64,000 bases of DNA, taken from positions 147,869 through 211,868 of the forward strand of contig CAVZDB010000008.1 in assembly GCA_963773905.1 (NCBI GenBank), read 5' to 3'. This document shows positions 17,941 through 28,070 of the stretch, one piece after another. The translations under genes were made by a program, and so were the position numbers. Each line of letters opens with the position of its first letter. Position 1 is the stretch's first letter. The notes under the pieces were generated by a model, which worked only from the letters and a program-made list of their open reading frames with translations, had not been told where the DNA came from and did not search any database. The stretch is from an uncultured Acidobacteriota bacterium. Lineage in GTDB: Bacteria > Acidobacteriota > Thermoanaerobaculia > UBA5066 > Gp7-AA6.

Positions 17941-19611
17941 TCACTCGACTCGCAGGTTCGCTCTCGCCGTCCCCATCTTGCCGCTGACGCTGTCGCGCAC
18001 GTTGACGACCACGCGCACGTTGCCCTTGCGCGTCAGGAGCCGGGCGTCGAACCGCACCGGCACGTCGCTGGTGACCTTGTCGGCCGCCACCTGGAAGCTC
18101 GCCTCCTGCCGCGAGACTTCGCTCATGCGCCCCTTGTCGTCGACGGATCCGATGTAGTACTCGGCCTTGGCCGTCGCCTTGTCGCCGTCCGGCACGAAGG
18201 TCAGCGAGGACGCGGGCACCAGCACGGTGACCGGCACCACGAAGTTCTTCTTCTCCGCCGTGGGCGGCTGGGTCTGCAGCTTCACGGGGATCCCGCCGTA
18301 GGAGAGGTCGCTGCCCATCGTCGCGCGGGCCCGCTCCGCGATGAGGGCGGACTCGGGGCGAGGCTGGAAGCCGCGGCGGGAGGCCGCGGTCAGGCCGGGA
18401 CGCTTCACCTCGACCCGCACGTCCTGGTACTTGCCCATGGGGAGCCCGGAGAGATTGACGCCGAGCGAGTAGTACATCGAGACCGCGCGGTACACCCGGT
18501 CGAGGCCGCGGTCGAAGGCGTTGGTGTTGAGGATGGCCTGGCCGCCCGTCTCGCGGGCCAGGATCTGGAGCCCGTTCTGCCGGTCCTGTCGCGCGATGAA
18601 GGCGACCGAGGGGCGCGTCCCGAAGGCGTCGAAGGCGGTGGCGGACCTCTGTCCGATCGTGTCCGCTCCGCCGGCGTTCTGCAGATCCGTGGTCAGTCCG
18701 GTGGCGTCGACCGTGTAGAAGGTGATCTCGTTCGCGTTGGCGTTCTTGACCACCGCGTCGACGGATGAGGCCACGTCGCGGAGGTTGAGTCCCTGGATGG
18801 TGCCGAAGCCGCCCGTCGCGTACTGGGTCATCACGAAGCCCGGCTGGTACTCGAAGCCTCCCGTCACGAACAGGAACGACTTCTTGCCCCGCAGCGGCGT
18901 CAGCGTGACGACCTCCTGGTTCATGCTCTCCAGCATCGTCTGGATCTCGCTGCCGACTTCCTGAGCGTAGGAGTCCGCCAGCTGGACGCGCCCGCCGCGG
19001 CGGCGGGGAGAGGCGTCGATCAGCTCGACCGTCTGCTGCTCGGCGCGCAGACGGGACATGCCGACGCCCTCGTGCTGGATCCGCTCGAGCGCCGAGAAGA
19101 TCGCCTCCTTGCTCGAGGTCCAGTCGGCGTACACCTTGGGAAGCCGGTCGAACACGACGACGCGCGCGGCGTCATCCGGACCCATCCGCGTGATGAGGTC
19201 GCGGACGGCCTCGAGGCTCCTGTTGCGGACGCCGGGCTGCAGGAAGCCGAGGTCCACGTAGATCAGAAAGTTGCGGGGGATGTACGCGTCCTCGCCCCTC
19301 TTGTACGCGGTCAGGATCTGGTCCGGCGACGCGGCCGCGAGATCGGGGGCATGGATCGTGCCCTGATCCACCCGGGAGAAGTAGTCGATGGCGACGGGCT
19401 TTCCCCCGATCTTGACGGTGAAGTCGTCCTTGGTCAGGTCGGTCACGGGTTGGCCCTTCGAATCGGTGACGTCGACGTCGAGGTCCAGAACGCGCACCTC
19501 GACCCGCTCGGAAAACGTGGGGTTGGAGACGGGAGCCGGGGCCTGCGGCTCCTGGGCCACCGCCGTCGTGGCCCCGATGAGGAACAGGGTGGCGAATCGG
19601 AGGGCTCGCAT
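17941..19611 (-). CDS. VWA domain-containing protein (acidobacterial VWFA-related type)
   Basis: This is the internal part of track ORF 17941..21309. The start is ATG 19611 (MRALRFATLFLIGATTAVAQE signal). The N-terminal module FSERVEVRVLDLDVDVTDSKGQPVTDLTKDDFTVKIGGKPVAIDYF is followed by a VWA-like core (NFLIYVDLGFLQ..., KKSFLFVTGGFE). Confidence 0.75.
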   Translation of the reverse strand: MRALRFATLFLIGATTAVAQEPQAPAPVSNPTFSERVEVRVLDLDVDVTDSKGQPVTDLTKDDFTVKIGGKPVAIDYFSRVDQGTIHAPDLAAASPDQILTAYKRGEDAYIPRNFLIYVDLGFLQPGVRNRSLEAVRDLITRMGPDDAARVVVFDRLPKVYADWTSSKEAIFSALERIQHEGVGMSRLRAEQQTVELIDASPRRRGGRVQLADSYAQEVGSEIQTMLESMNQEVVTLTPLRGKKSFLFVTGGFEYQPGFVMTQYATGGFGTIQGLNLRDVASSVDAVVKNANANEITFYTVDATGLTTDLQNAGGADTIGQRSATAFDAFGTRPSVAFIARQDRQNGLQILARETGGQAILNTNAFDRGLDRVYRAVSMYYSLGVNLSGLPMGKYQDVRVEVKRPGLTAASRRGFQPRPESALIAERARATMGSDLSYGGIPVKLQTQPPTAEKKNFVVPVTVLVPASSLTFVPDGDKATAKAEYYIGSVDDKGRMSEVSRQEASFQVAADKVTSDVPVRFDARLLTRKGNVRVVVNVRDSVSGKMGTARANLRVE

Positions 19612-19769
19612 GGTTTCGATCCTTTCTCGGTGGTCGAGCCCCCGATCGGCCTGTTGCCCTGGGGGCCTGGTCACGACAGGGGAACGCGCGGGAGGGCGCC
19701 GGGATTCCGCGGTGTCCTGATTTGAGGAAATCTTGAGGGCGGGGAAGCGTGCAGGCCCGCCTGCGGGTC

Positions 19770-21191
19770 TTATTCCCGGCCGACCGAGACGGTCTCCAGG
19801 CCCAGGTAGTCGAACAGCATGTTGACCTCCCTGGCCAGCTCGTCGGACTCGAGCTCGTCGCTGCGCTCGACGGGGAGGCTGCCGATGGCGCAGCCGGCGA
19901 CCGCGCCCCGGGCGACCCGAACCACCGCCGCCGAGGCGCTCGGGTCGGTCCCGTCGTCGGAGAGGACCGCCTCGAAATCGCGGGACAGCCCCCAGATCTC
20001 GGCCCGCGAGCGGCCCACCGCCGGCCGATAGGTCTCGAGCAGGGCACCCCGGAAGGGTCCCGCGGGCAGGTTCATCTCCCGGACGACCTCGAACAGGTCG
20101 GCGTAGCCGATGCAGTGGAGCAGTCCGAGCGTGTAACCGCGTTCGCGGGTGATGCCGTAGCGCTCGGCGAAGCGGCCGGCCGCGACCGCCGCGGCCAGAC
20201 TCGCGCGGCGCACGGCGCGCGGCGCCGGGTCCTTGGCCGCCAGGGTCGGGAAGTCGGTGGAGGAGAGCCGGTCGATCAGGACGGCGGCCGCGCGAGGGCC
20301 GATGCGCTCGAGCGCCTCCGGCACCGTCCCGACCGAGTTTTCGCGGTCCACCGACAGCGAGTTGGCCAGGATGAGCAGGTCGAGCGTCAGGTACTGGTCG
20401 AGGGCCGCGATCGGCACGAGCGCGGAGAGGTCGAGGGGCGGCTTCTTCTTGAGCAGCTCGTGGAGCAGCGTGGCCGTGTCCGCGTGGACCGGCCGCATCA
20501 GGTAGTTGCGCAGCAGCCGCTCGTGCAGGCGGCGGGCGAACTCGCGGAACCGCACGGAGTGCGCGCGGCCCTCGGGCGGATCGAGGGAGACGCCCATGCG
20601 CTCGAGCGACTCCCAGAAGTGCTCGTCGACGCCCTCGGGCATGAAGGGCAGCGTCCAGGCGTCGGCCGCCTCCCAGGTCTCCCGCCGTTCCTTGCGAGAC
20701 TGCCGGTGCGTGTCGTCCAGCTGCTTGACGCCCTGAAACGCGACGGCCTGGCCCCGGAGCGTCAGACCGATGCGGAGGATCGGCGTCACGCGGTAGGTCG
20801 GGTCGTAGTCGAAGCCAGCCTCGCGCCACTCGAAGATCTCGTACAGGAGCTTGCGCGCGAGCTCCTCGACCCGCAGCGAGAGGCCGTCGAGCGTGTCGTG
20901 ACCCATGTCCAGGATCAGCCGGGTCAGGTTCTCCTGCGTCGTCATGTTCCGCGCCAGCAGCTCGTAGAGCGTGGCCGCGGGCAGGGCGCCGCTGCGCAGG
21001 AGGTGAACCCCGAGCCGGTGGCGCGGGAGCGAGCCCGAGACGTAGACGATCTCGCCCTCCTTCCAGTCGAGCGTGCGGCGGTCGTGGCCGCGGGTGATCG
21101 TCAGACGGCCCGAGCGGCGGTTGAGCTCCATCCACTGAAGGAGATCCGCCAGCCCGAAGACCTCGAGTCTCCCCCGGAAGTGGTCGGTCAT
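19770..21191 (-). CDS. DUF4388 (PATAN-like) + HDOD domain protein
   Basis: Track ORF of 473 aa. N-terminal DUF4388: [29 protein letters not shown]...[11 protein letters not shown]. The C-terminal region is HDOD-like: ...[17 protein letters not shown]..., [16 protein letters not shown]. Confidence 0.7.
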   Translation of the reverse strand: MTDHFRGRLEVFGLADLLQWMELNRRSGRLTITRGHDRRTLDWKEGEIVYVSGSLPRHRLGVHLLRSGALPAATLYELLARNMTTQENLTRLILDMGHDTLDGLSLRVEELARKLLYEIFEWREAGFDYDPTYRVTPILRIGLTLRGQAVAFQGVKQLDDTHRQSRKERRETWEAADAWTLPFMPEGVDEHFWESLERMGVSLDPPEGRAHSVRFREFARRLHERLLRNYLMRPVHADTATLLHELLKKKPPLDLSALVPIAALDQYLTLDLLILANSLSVDRENSVGTVPEALERIGPRAAAVLIDRLSSTDFPTLAAKDPAPRAVRRASLAAAVAAGRFAERYGITRERGYTLGLLHCIGYADLFEVVREMNLPAGPFRGALLETYRPAVGRSRAEIWGLSRDFEAVLSDDGTDPSASAAVVRVARGAVAGCAIGSLPVERSDELESDELAREVNMLFDYLGLETVSVGRE

Positions 21192-21280
21192 GGTTTTGGG
21201 ATCTCAATTTTAACATCCGGGCCGCGGCGGTCCTGGGCGCCGGCGATGCGAGGCGCCGGGTCGGGCTCCTCCGGACCCCT

Positions 21281-22899
21281 ATGTCAGAATCCCCGCACGT
21301 GACCGTCAAGCCGAAGCCGGAGCGCCCGAATCTGCCCTCGGCAACGTCCTCCGGAATCCCGATCGAGCCGTGCTACGACGCTTCGCACAGCGGCGAGGAG
21401 GCGGCGCCGCCGCCCGGCGAGTTCCCGTTCACGCGCGGGATCTCCGCGGACATGTACCGCGGACGCCTGTGGACGATGCGCCAGTACGCGGGATTCGGCT
21501 CGGCCCGGGACTCGAACCGCCGCTATCCGCTACCTGCTCGCGCAGGGGCAGACCGGCCTCTCCGTGGCGTTCGACCTGCCGACGCAGATGGGCTACGACT
21601 CGGACGACCCGCGGCGCGCGGGGAGGTCGGGAAGGTGGGCGTCGCGATCGCCTCGATCGAGGACATGCGGATCCTGACCGAGGGCCTTCCGCTCGACCGC
21701 GTCTCGATCTCGATGACGATCAACTCCACGGCGGCGATCCTGCTCGCGCTCCTGTTGTCGTCGGCGCGGGAGCGCGGGATCGCCTGGAGGGACCTCTCGG
21801 GCACGGTGCAGAACGATCTGCTGAAGGAGTACATCGCGCGGGGCACGTACATCTTTCCCCCGCGCCCCTCGCTCAAGATCACGACCGACATCCTGGCCTT
21901 CTGCGGCGCGGAGGTGCCGCGTTGGAACACGATCTCGATCTCCGGCTACCACATCCGCGAGGCGGGCTCGACCGCCGTCCAGGAGGTGGCCTTCACGCTC
22001 GCGAACGCGATCGCGTACGTGGAGGCGGCGGTCGCGCGCGGGCTGCGGATCGACGACGTCGCCGCCCCGGATCTCCTTCTTCTTCAATGCCCACTCCGAA
22101 CTTCTTCGAGGAGATCGCCAAGTTCCGCGCGGCTCGCACGCTCTGGGCCGAGATCGCCCGCAACCGCTTGGGCGCGAAGGATCCGCGGTCGTGGCGCCTG
22201 CGTTTCCACACCCAGACCGCCGGCTCGACGCTCACCGCGCAGCAGCCCGACGTCAACGTCGTCCGCGTGGCGCTCCAGGCGCTCTCCGCCGTGCTGGGCG
22301 GCACCCAGTCGCTCCACACCAACGCCATGGACGAGGCCCTTGCGCTTCCCACGGAGTCGGCCGCGCGGCTCGCCCTGCGGACGCAGCAGGTCATCGCGCA
22401 CGAGAGCGGCGTCGCCGACGTGGTCGATCCGCTCGGCGGGTCGTTTTTGATCGAGGAGTGGACGGCGCAGATCCGGGATCGCGCGCGGGAGCTCATCGCG
22501 AAGATCGACGCGCTCGGCGGCGCGGTCGCCGCGATCGAGCAGGGATTCTTCCAGCGCGAGATCGAGGACGCGGCGTACGCCGCGCAGCGGGAGATCGAGG
22601 AGGGCAAGCGGCTCGTCGTCGGCGTCAATGCCTTCCGCGAGGCGGACTCCGCCGCGACGCCGATCCTGTCGGTCGATCCGAAGATCGAGGAGGAGCAGGT
22701 CGCGCGCTTGCGCGCGTTTCGCGCCTCGCGCGAGGCGGCGGCGCCGCAGGGTTGGAAGCGCGCGATCGAGTCGCTGCAGAGGGACGCGCGCGAGGATCGC
22801 AATCTGATGCCCGGCCTGATCGAGGCCGTCGGGAAAGGCGCGACCCTCGGCGAGATCGTGACGTCGCTCAAGCAGATCTACGGCGAGCACGGTGTGTAG
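21281..22899 (+). pseudogene. methylmalonyl-CoA mutase family protein, catalytic (large) domain only; about 4 indels
   Basis: Motifs [28 protein letters not shown], (frame switch) [85 protein letters not shown] and [15 protein letters not shown] are split between track ORFs 21281 and 21370. Frame switches occur near 21527, 21620 (G run), 22063 and 22099. No B12-binding domain follows. Confidence 0.85.
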
Positions 22900-23000
22900 A
22901 GTCCGGTGGGCGCCGGACACGGCCGCAGGCGCGGAGGGGTCTGCGCCGACTCTCCCCGAACGCGCGAAGACCCGTGCGTCGTGTGAGCCCGCGCACCGTT

Positions 23001-23035
23001 GGCGCTCCGCTAAGAGCGCCTTAAGTTTCGTTTTC
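23001..23035 (+). terminator. putative intrinsic terminator downstream of the mutase gene
   Basis: A 7-bp stem ggcgctc / gagcgcc (23001-23007 / 23014-23020) with loop cgctaa, followed by the T-rich tail ttaagtttcgttttc. Confidence 0.55.
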
Positions 23036-23331
23036 TGAGTCGGTTGCACGTGTGGAAAAAGAAATCGCGCCGATTTCACGCCGCCTCGAAGCTGCACACG
23101 CGGTTGGGCATCTCGCTAAACCCTTGATGGAGTACGGCTTTTCGAGTCGCACAGGAGTCGGTGCAATTCGCTGGACGAACCCCCATTTCGCGTTTTTTGG
23201 GGCATTTCCGCAAGGTTTTGGACAGGCTTTTCCGCCGGCTCTTCGGAAAACTGATTTCCGCGAAGCGGGCGTGCGAAAAAGCGAACAGCCCTCGGCTTTC
23301 CGCTGTCAGCTTCCGGGGCGCCTAGGGAGTC

Positions 23332-24066
23332 CTAGACGCCGATCTTGGGGCACAGCGGGTCGACCGGGCATTCGTCGCAGAGCGGCTTGCGGGCGGTGCA
23401 GATGCGGCGTCCGTGGAAGATCAGCAGATGCGCTCCGAGCGTGCGGCGGCCGATCGGCACGAGGGCATTCAGGTCCTTCTCGATTTTGACGGGGTCCGTC
23501 TGACGCGTGAAGCCGAGCCGGCGCGACAGGCGCGCGACGTGCGTGTCCACGACGAAGCCCTCGTCGATCCCGAACGCGTTGCCGAGCACGACGTTCGCCG
23601 TCTTGCGGCCGACTCCGGGAAGCGCCACGAGGGCTTCCATCGTCGAAGGGACCTGGCCCCCGTGCTCGGCCGCGATGGCGGCGCCCATCGCGCGCAGGCT
23701 CCGGGCCTTGGAGTTGAAGAAGCCGGTGGAGTGGATCTCGCGCTCGAGGACTCCCCGCCGCGCGCGCGCGTAGTCGGCGGCGGTCTTGTACTTCGCGAAG
23801 AGCCCGGGCGTGACCTTGTTCACGCCCACGTCCGTGCTCTGCGCCGAGAGGATCGTGGCCACGAGGAGCTCGAGCGGGCTCGAGTGGTCGAGCGCGCATT
23901 TCGCGTCGGGGTAGGCCTTCTTGAGCCGGCGGAACACCGCCGCGGCGCGCCGCTTCTTCTCCTCGAACGATTCTCCGCGGCGCGTCCCCGCTCCCGCTGT
24001 GAGGCGCGTCCTCGCGCCGGCACCCTCTGCGCGGCGCGACTTCGCTCCGACCGGCTTCCGCGGCAT
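23332..24066 (-). CDS. nth: endonuclease III
   Basis: Track ORF of 244 aa. Motifs: LELLVATILSAQSTDVGVN; HhH-GPD LVALPGVGRKTANVVLGNAFG; VDTHV; [4Fe-4S] cluster motif CTARKPLCDECPVDPLC. It carries a basic N-terminal extension. Confidence 0.9.
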   Translation of the reverse strand: MPRKPVGAKSRRAEGAGARTRLTAGAGTRRGESFEEKKRRAAAVFRRLKKAYPDAKCALDHSSPLELLVATILSAQSTDVGVNKVTPGLFAKYKTAADYARARRGVLEREIHSTGFFNSKARSLRAMGAAIAAEHGGQVPSTMEALVALPGVGRKTANVVLGNAFGIDEGFVVDTHVARLSRRLGFTRQTDPVKIEKDLNALVPIGRRTLGAHLLIFHGRRICTARKPLCDECPVDPLCPKIGV

Positions 24067-24083
24067 GCGGCGGCATTCTATTC

Positions 24084-24791
24084 TTGCGTCATGCGGAACT
24101 TCCCGATCGAGGCGGCGGCGCCGGAGCGGCCGTGAGACCCGACGAGCGCGCGATCGCCGACGCGTTCCACCGGCTCTACTACGAGGGCCCGGCGGGCCAG
24201 GGACACACCCACAAGAGGACGACGTGGATGGGCTTCCCGTGCCTCAAGTGCCCCCTGGACATGTGGGTGTATCAGGAGATCCTGGCCGAGGTCCGCCCCG
24301 GGCTCGTCGTCGAGACCGGCACCTGGCACGGGGCGAGCGCGCTCTTCCTGGCGCAGGTCCTGGACGCGCTGGGCGAGGGCGAGGTCGTGACGATCGACGT
24401 TGAGGAGCGCTCCCCCCGGCCGGACCATCCCCGCCTCCGCTACGTCGCGGGCTCCAGCGCGGACGCCGCCCTGATCGAGGCGCTCTTCGCGGATCGGCAG
24501 CGGGGAGAGCCCTGCCTCGTGATCCTCGACTCGGACCACGCGAAGGCGCACGTCGCGCGTGAGCTCGAGCTCTTCGCGCCGCGCGTCTCGGTGGGGAGCT
24601 ACCTGATCGTCGAGGACACCAACGTCAACGGCCACCCCGTGTGGCCGGGCTACGGAGGCGGAGGAGGCGGCGGCCCGTTCGAGGCGGTCCAGGAGTTTCT
24701 CCCGCGCCATCCGGAGTTCCGCGCGGACCCCGCGCGGGAGAAGTTCCTGATGACCTTCAACCCGGGGGGATTTCTGAGGCGGGTCGGGTGA
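24084..24791 (+). CDS. CmcI/cephalosporin-hydroxylase-family class I methyltransferase-like protein
   Basis: Track ORF of 235 aa (TTG 24084; GTG 24132 is an alternative start). Motifs: WMGFPCLKCPLDMWVYQEIL, LVVETGTWHGASALFLA, VILDSDHAKAHVARELE, YLIVEDTNVNGHPV. Confidence 0.65.
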   Translation: MRHAELPDRGGGAGAAVRPDERAIADAFHRLYYEGPAGQGHTHKRTTWMGFPCLKCPLDMWVYQEILAEVRPGLVVETGTWHGASALFLAQVLDALGEGEVVTIDVEERSPRPDHPRLRYVAGSSADAALIEALFADRQRGEPCLVILDSDHAKAHVARELELFAPRVSVGSYLIVEDTNVNGHPVWPGYGGGGGGGPFEAVQEFLPRHPEFRADPAREKFLMTFNPGGFLRRVG

Positions 24792-24815
24792 GGGGGCCGG
24801 CCGGCCGCTGGCGGC

Positions 24816-26417
24816 TCAGCGCCTCTTGCGCAGCTCGGAGGCGATTTCGCGGGCCGCGTTCGCACCAGGGGCACCGGTGACGCCGCCGCCAGGGTGCGTG
24901 CCCGAGCCGCAGAGGTAGAGGCCGCGCACGGGCGTCCGGTACTGCGCCCAGTCGAGCAGCGGGCGCATCGTGAAGACCTGATCGAGCGTGGTCTCGCCGT
25001 GGAAGGCGTGGCCGCCGGTCAGCCCGTAGGTCTCCTCGAGGTCGACCGGGGTGAGGACCTGCCGCCCGACGACCGCCTTCTCGAGGCCCGGGGCATGCGC
25101 CGCGACCGTCTCGACGACGGCGTCGCCCAGCGCGTCTCGCTTCGCGGAATCCTTCCAGCTGCCGGACTTCAGCTTGTACGGCGCGAACTGCGCCACGATC
25201 GACATCACGTGCTTCCCGCTCGGCGCGAGCGAGGGGTCCGTCATCGTCGGGATCGTGACGTCGCAGTAGGGGTGGGGCGAGAAGTCGCCGTACTTGGCGG
25301 CGTCGTAGGCCCGCTCGAGGTAGTCGACGTCGGGGCCGATGTGGATGCGGCCCGACAGCGCCGAGGCGCCATTGTTCGCGGCCGGGAACTCCGGCAGCTC
25401 CGAGAGCGCCAGGTGAACCTTCGCCTGCGCTCCGGAGCAGCGGTAGTTCTTGACGCGCTGGATGAAGTCGGGGTCGAGGTCGATCGGGTCCACCAGGGAC
25501 AGCAGGGTGCGCTTGGGATCGGCGTTCGAGACGACGGCGCGCGCCGTGACCTCTTCTCCGCTTGCGAGCACGACGCCAGTCGCGGCGCCGCCCTTCGTCT
25601 GGATCCGCGTGACCTCCGCGTTCGTCCGGATCTCCGCGCCCAGGGCCTTCGCCGCCGCGGCCAGCGCCTGCGTGAGCGCGCCCATCCCGCCGCGAGGCAT
25701 CGCCGAGGGGCCGGCGGCATTGGCGTCGCTCGCGGCCTGGAGCAGGAGGCCCAGGCTCGTCCCCGCGGACCAGGGGCCGGCGAAGCTGCCGTAGATGCCG
25801 CGCGCCGCGACCGCGGCCCGGAGGAGCTCGGTCTCGAAGAACTCGGAGACGAGGTCCGCGACGGCCATCGGACCCCATCGCAGCATGCGGAAGGCGTCGC
25901 GGCGGGGGAGCGCGCGAAAGCGGCGCCCGACGCCGAACATCTCCCACATCTCTCCAAACGACGGGTCGTCGATCGACGGCGGCGTCATCGTCATCAGTGG
26001 CTCGAGCACGCGGCCGATCCGGCCCAGGCTCTGCTGGAAGGCGAGGTAACCCTTCGCGTCGTGCGGCGAGAGCTTCTCGAGCTCCGCGGACGTCCTCTGC
26101 GGGTCCCCGTACAGGCGGATGCCCCTCCCGTCGAGGCCCGACGCGAGGACGCGGACCTCGTTCTGGATCCAGGAGAGGCCGTGCTTCTCGAGGCCGAGCG
26201 CGCTCGCGATCGACGGCAGGAACGGCCCCGCGACGTGCAGCACCGAGGAGCAACGGAAGCCGGGAGCGAACTCCTCGGTGACGGCGATCCCGCCGACGGT
26301 CGCGCGGCGCTCCAGCACGATCGGATGGAACCCCGCCTTGGCGAGATAGCACGCCGCGACCAGCCCGTTGGGGCCGGCTCCGACGACGGCGATGCGCGGC
26401 GAGTGGCCTTCGGTCAT
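24816..26417 (-). CDS. FAD-dependent oxidoreductase, phytoene-desaturase/PYROXD2-like family (COG1233-type)
   Basis: Track ORF of 533 aa. Rossmann motif IAVVGAGPNGLVAACYLAKAGFHPIVLERRATVGG. C-terminal signature LYLCGSGTHPGGGVTGAPGANAA. It is a paralog of the next gene. Confidence 0.8.
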   Translation of the reverse strand: MTEGHSPRIAVVGAGPNGLVAACYLAKAGFHPIVLERRATVGGIAVTEEFAPGFRCSSVLHVAGPFLPSIASALGLEKHGLSWIQNEVRVLASGLDGRGIRLYGDPQRTSAELEKLSPHDAKGYLAFQQSLGRIGRVLEPLMTMTPPSIDDPSFGEMWEMFGVGRRFRALPRRDAFRMLRWGPMAVADLVSEFFETELLRAAVAARGIYGSFAGPWSAGTSLGLLLQAASDANAAGPSAMPRGGMGALTQALAAAAKALGAEIRTNAEVTRIQTKGGAATGVVLASGEEVTARAVVSNADPKRTLLSLVDPIDLDPDFIQRVKNYRCSGAQAKVHLALSELPEFPAANNGASALSGRIHIGPDVDYLERAYDAAKYGDFSPHPYCDVTIPTMTDPSLAPSGKHVMSIVAQFAPYKLKSGSWKDSAKRDALGDAVVETVAAHAPGLEKAVVGRQVLTPVDLEETYGLTGGHAFHGETTLDQVFTMRPLLDWAQYRTPVRGLYLCGSGTHPGGGVTGAPGANAAREIASELRKRR

Positions 26418-26427
26418 GCGCTGCGCG

Positions 26428-28020
26428 TCAGGCCTTTCCGCGCTTCCAGTCCGCGAGCAGCTTCTCGGCCGCGTTCTTGCCGTTCGCGCCCATGATGCCG
26501 CCGCCCGGATGGGTGGCCGATCCGCACATGTAGAGGCCGCGGATCGGCGACTTGTACTGCGCCCATCCGGGCACGGGGCGCAGGAAGAAGAGCTGCTCGA
26601 GGGTCAGCTCGCCCTGGAAGATGTTGCCCTCGGAGAGTCCCCACTCGCGCTCGAGGTCGAGCGGCGTCACGACCTGGCGGTGGCGGATGATGCTCTTGAT
26701 GTTGGGCGCGTGCTCGGCGATCGTGTCGATCACCGTGTCCCCGAAGTTCTCTTTCTCCTTGTCCCAGTCGCTGTCCTTCAGGTGATAGGGCGCGTACTGC
26801 ACGAAGCAGGACATCACGTGCTTGCCGGGCGGCGCCACCGAGGGGTCCGTCAGGCTCGGGATCACCATGTCGATGTACGGCCGCCGGGAGTAGTGGCCGT
26901 ACTTGGCGTCGTCGTACGCCCGCTCCATGTACTCGACGGACGGCGAGACCGAGATCGCGCCCCGAAGGTGCGCGCCCGGCCCCGGGATCGACCGGAAGTC
27001 CGGAAGCGCGTCGAGCGCGAGGTTGACCTTGCCCGAGGAGCCGCGGAACTTGTAGCGCTTGACGTCCTCGACGAAGTCCCCGGGCAGCTCCTTCTCGCCC
27101 ACCAGTTTGAGGAAGGTCAGCCGCGGGTCGACGCTCGAGGAGACGACGTCGGCGTCGATCTCCTCGCCGTTCTCGAGCACGACGCCCGTGGTGCGGCCGC
27201 CCTTGACCTTGACGTGGGCGATGGGCGCCTTCGTCCGGATCTCGACGCCGACCTCGCGCGCCGCGGCGGCGATCGCGTTGGAGATCGCGCCGGTGCCCCC
27301 GCGGGCGAAGCCCCAGGAGCGGAAGGCGCCGTCGATCTCGCCCATGTAGTGGTGGAGCAAAACGTAGGCGGTCCCGGGAGACCGCACGCCGAGAAACGTC
27401 CCGATGATGCCGCTGGCGGACATCGTGGCCTTGAGGACGTCGGTCTCGAACCACTGGTCCAGGAAGTCGACCGCGGACATGGTCATGAGCTGGACCTGGT
27501 TGTACTTGTCCGTGGAGGAGAGGCCGCGGAAGCGCTTGCCCAGAAAGAGCAGGTCCTGCAGGCCCTTCCAGTTGAGCTTCGTCGGGTCGGGCGGCGTCAT
27601 CGAGAGGATCGGCTTGACGAAACGGCCCATGTCGGCCATGGCCTTGCCGTACTCGTCGTACGCCTCCGCGTCGACGCGGGAGTGGCGGGCGACCTCGCGC
27701 CGCGTCTTGGCGTGGTCGTTGACGCGCCAGAGGTAGTCGCCGTTCAGCATCGGCGTGAACGTCCCGTCGAGCGGCAGGATCTCGAGGCCGTGGCGCGGAA
27801 GGTCGAGGTCGCGAATGATCTCGGGACGCAGCAGCGAGACGACGTAGGAGCAGACCGAGAACTGGAAGCCCGGGAAGACCTCCTCGGTCACCGCCGCGCC
27901 GCCCACGATGTGGCGGCGCTCGAGGACGAGCACCTTCTTTCCGGCGCGCGCGAGATAGGCGGCGTGGACGAGCCCGTTGTGCCCGCCTCCGATGACGACG
28001 ACGTCGTACTTCGCGCTCAT
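26428..28020 (-). CDS. FAD-dependent oxidoreductase, phytoene-desaturase/PYROXD2-like family (second paralog)
   Basis: Track ORF 26428..28116. I prefer ATG 28020 (MSAKYDVVVIGGGHNGLVHAAYLARAGKKVLVLERRHIVGG), which places the Rossmann motif at the N-terminus. C-terminal signature: LYMCGSATHPGGGIMGANGKNAA. Confidence 0.8.
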   Translation of the reverse strand: MSAKYDVVVIGGGHNGLVHAAYLARAGKKVLVLERRHIVGGAAVTEEVFPGFQFSVCSYVVSLLRPEIIRDLDLPRHGLEILPLDGTFTPMLNGDYLWRVNDHAKTRREVARHSRVDAEAYDEYGKAMADMGRFVKPILSMTPPDPTKLNWKGLQDLLFLGKRFRGLSSTDKYNQVQLMTMSAVDFLDQWFETDVLKATMSASGIIGTFLGVRSPGTAYVLLHHYMGEIDGAFRSWGFARGGTGAISNAIAAAAREVGVEIRTKAPIAHVKVKGGRTTGVVLENGEEIDADVVSSSVDPRLTFLKLVGEKELPGDFVEDVKRYKFRGSSGKVNLALDALPDFRSIPGPGAHLRGAISVSPSVEYMERAYDDAKYGHYSRRPYIDMVIPSLTDPSVAPPGKHVMSCFVQYAPYHLKDSDWDKEKENFGDTVIDTIAEHAPNIKSIIRHRQVVTPLDLEREWGLSEGNIFQGELTLEQLFFLRPVPGWAQYKSPIRGLYMCGSATHPGGGIMGANGKNAAEKLLADWKRGKA

Positions 28021-28070
28021 CTTCGCGTTCGAGAATCCTTCGATTGTGACCGCGGGTTTCGCGTGCGGCC

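Noticed and set aside
23052-23489. Track ORF 23052..23489 (145 aa) as a gene in the long spacer.
   Set aside because: Third codon positions are not GC-enriched, unlike every confident gene here. The peptide is odd (FAFFGAFPQGFGQAFPPAL), and its 3' half runs antisense through the nth coding region.
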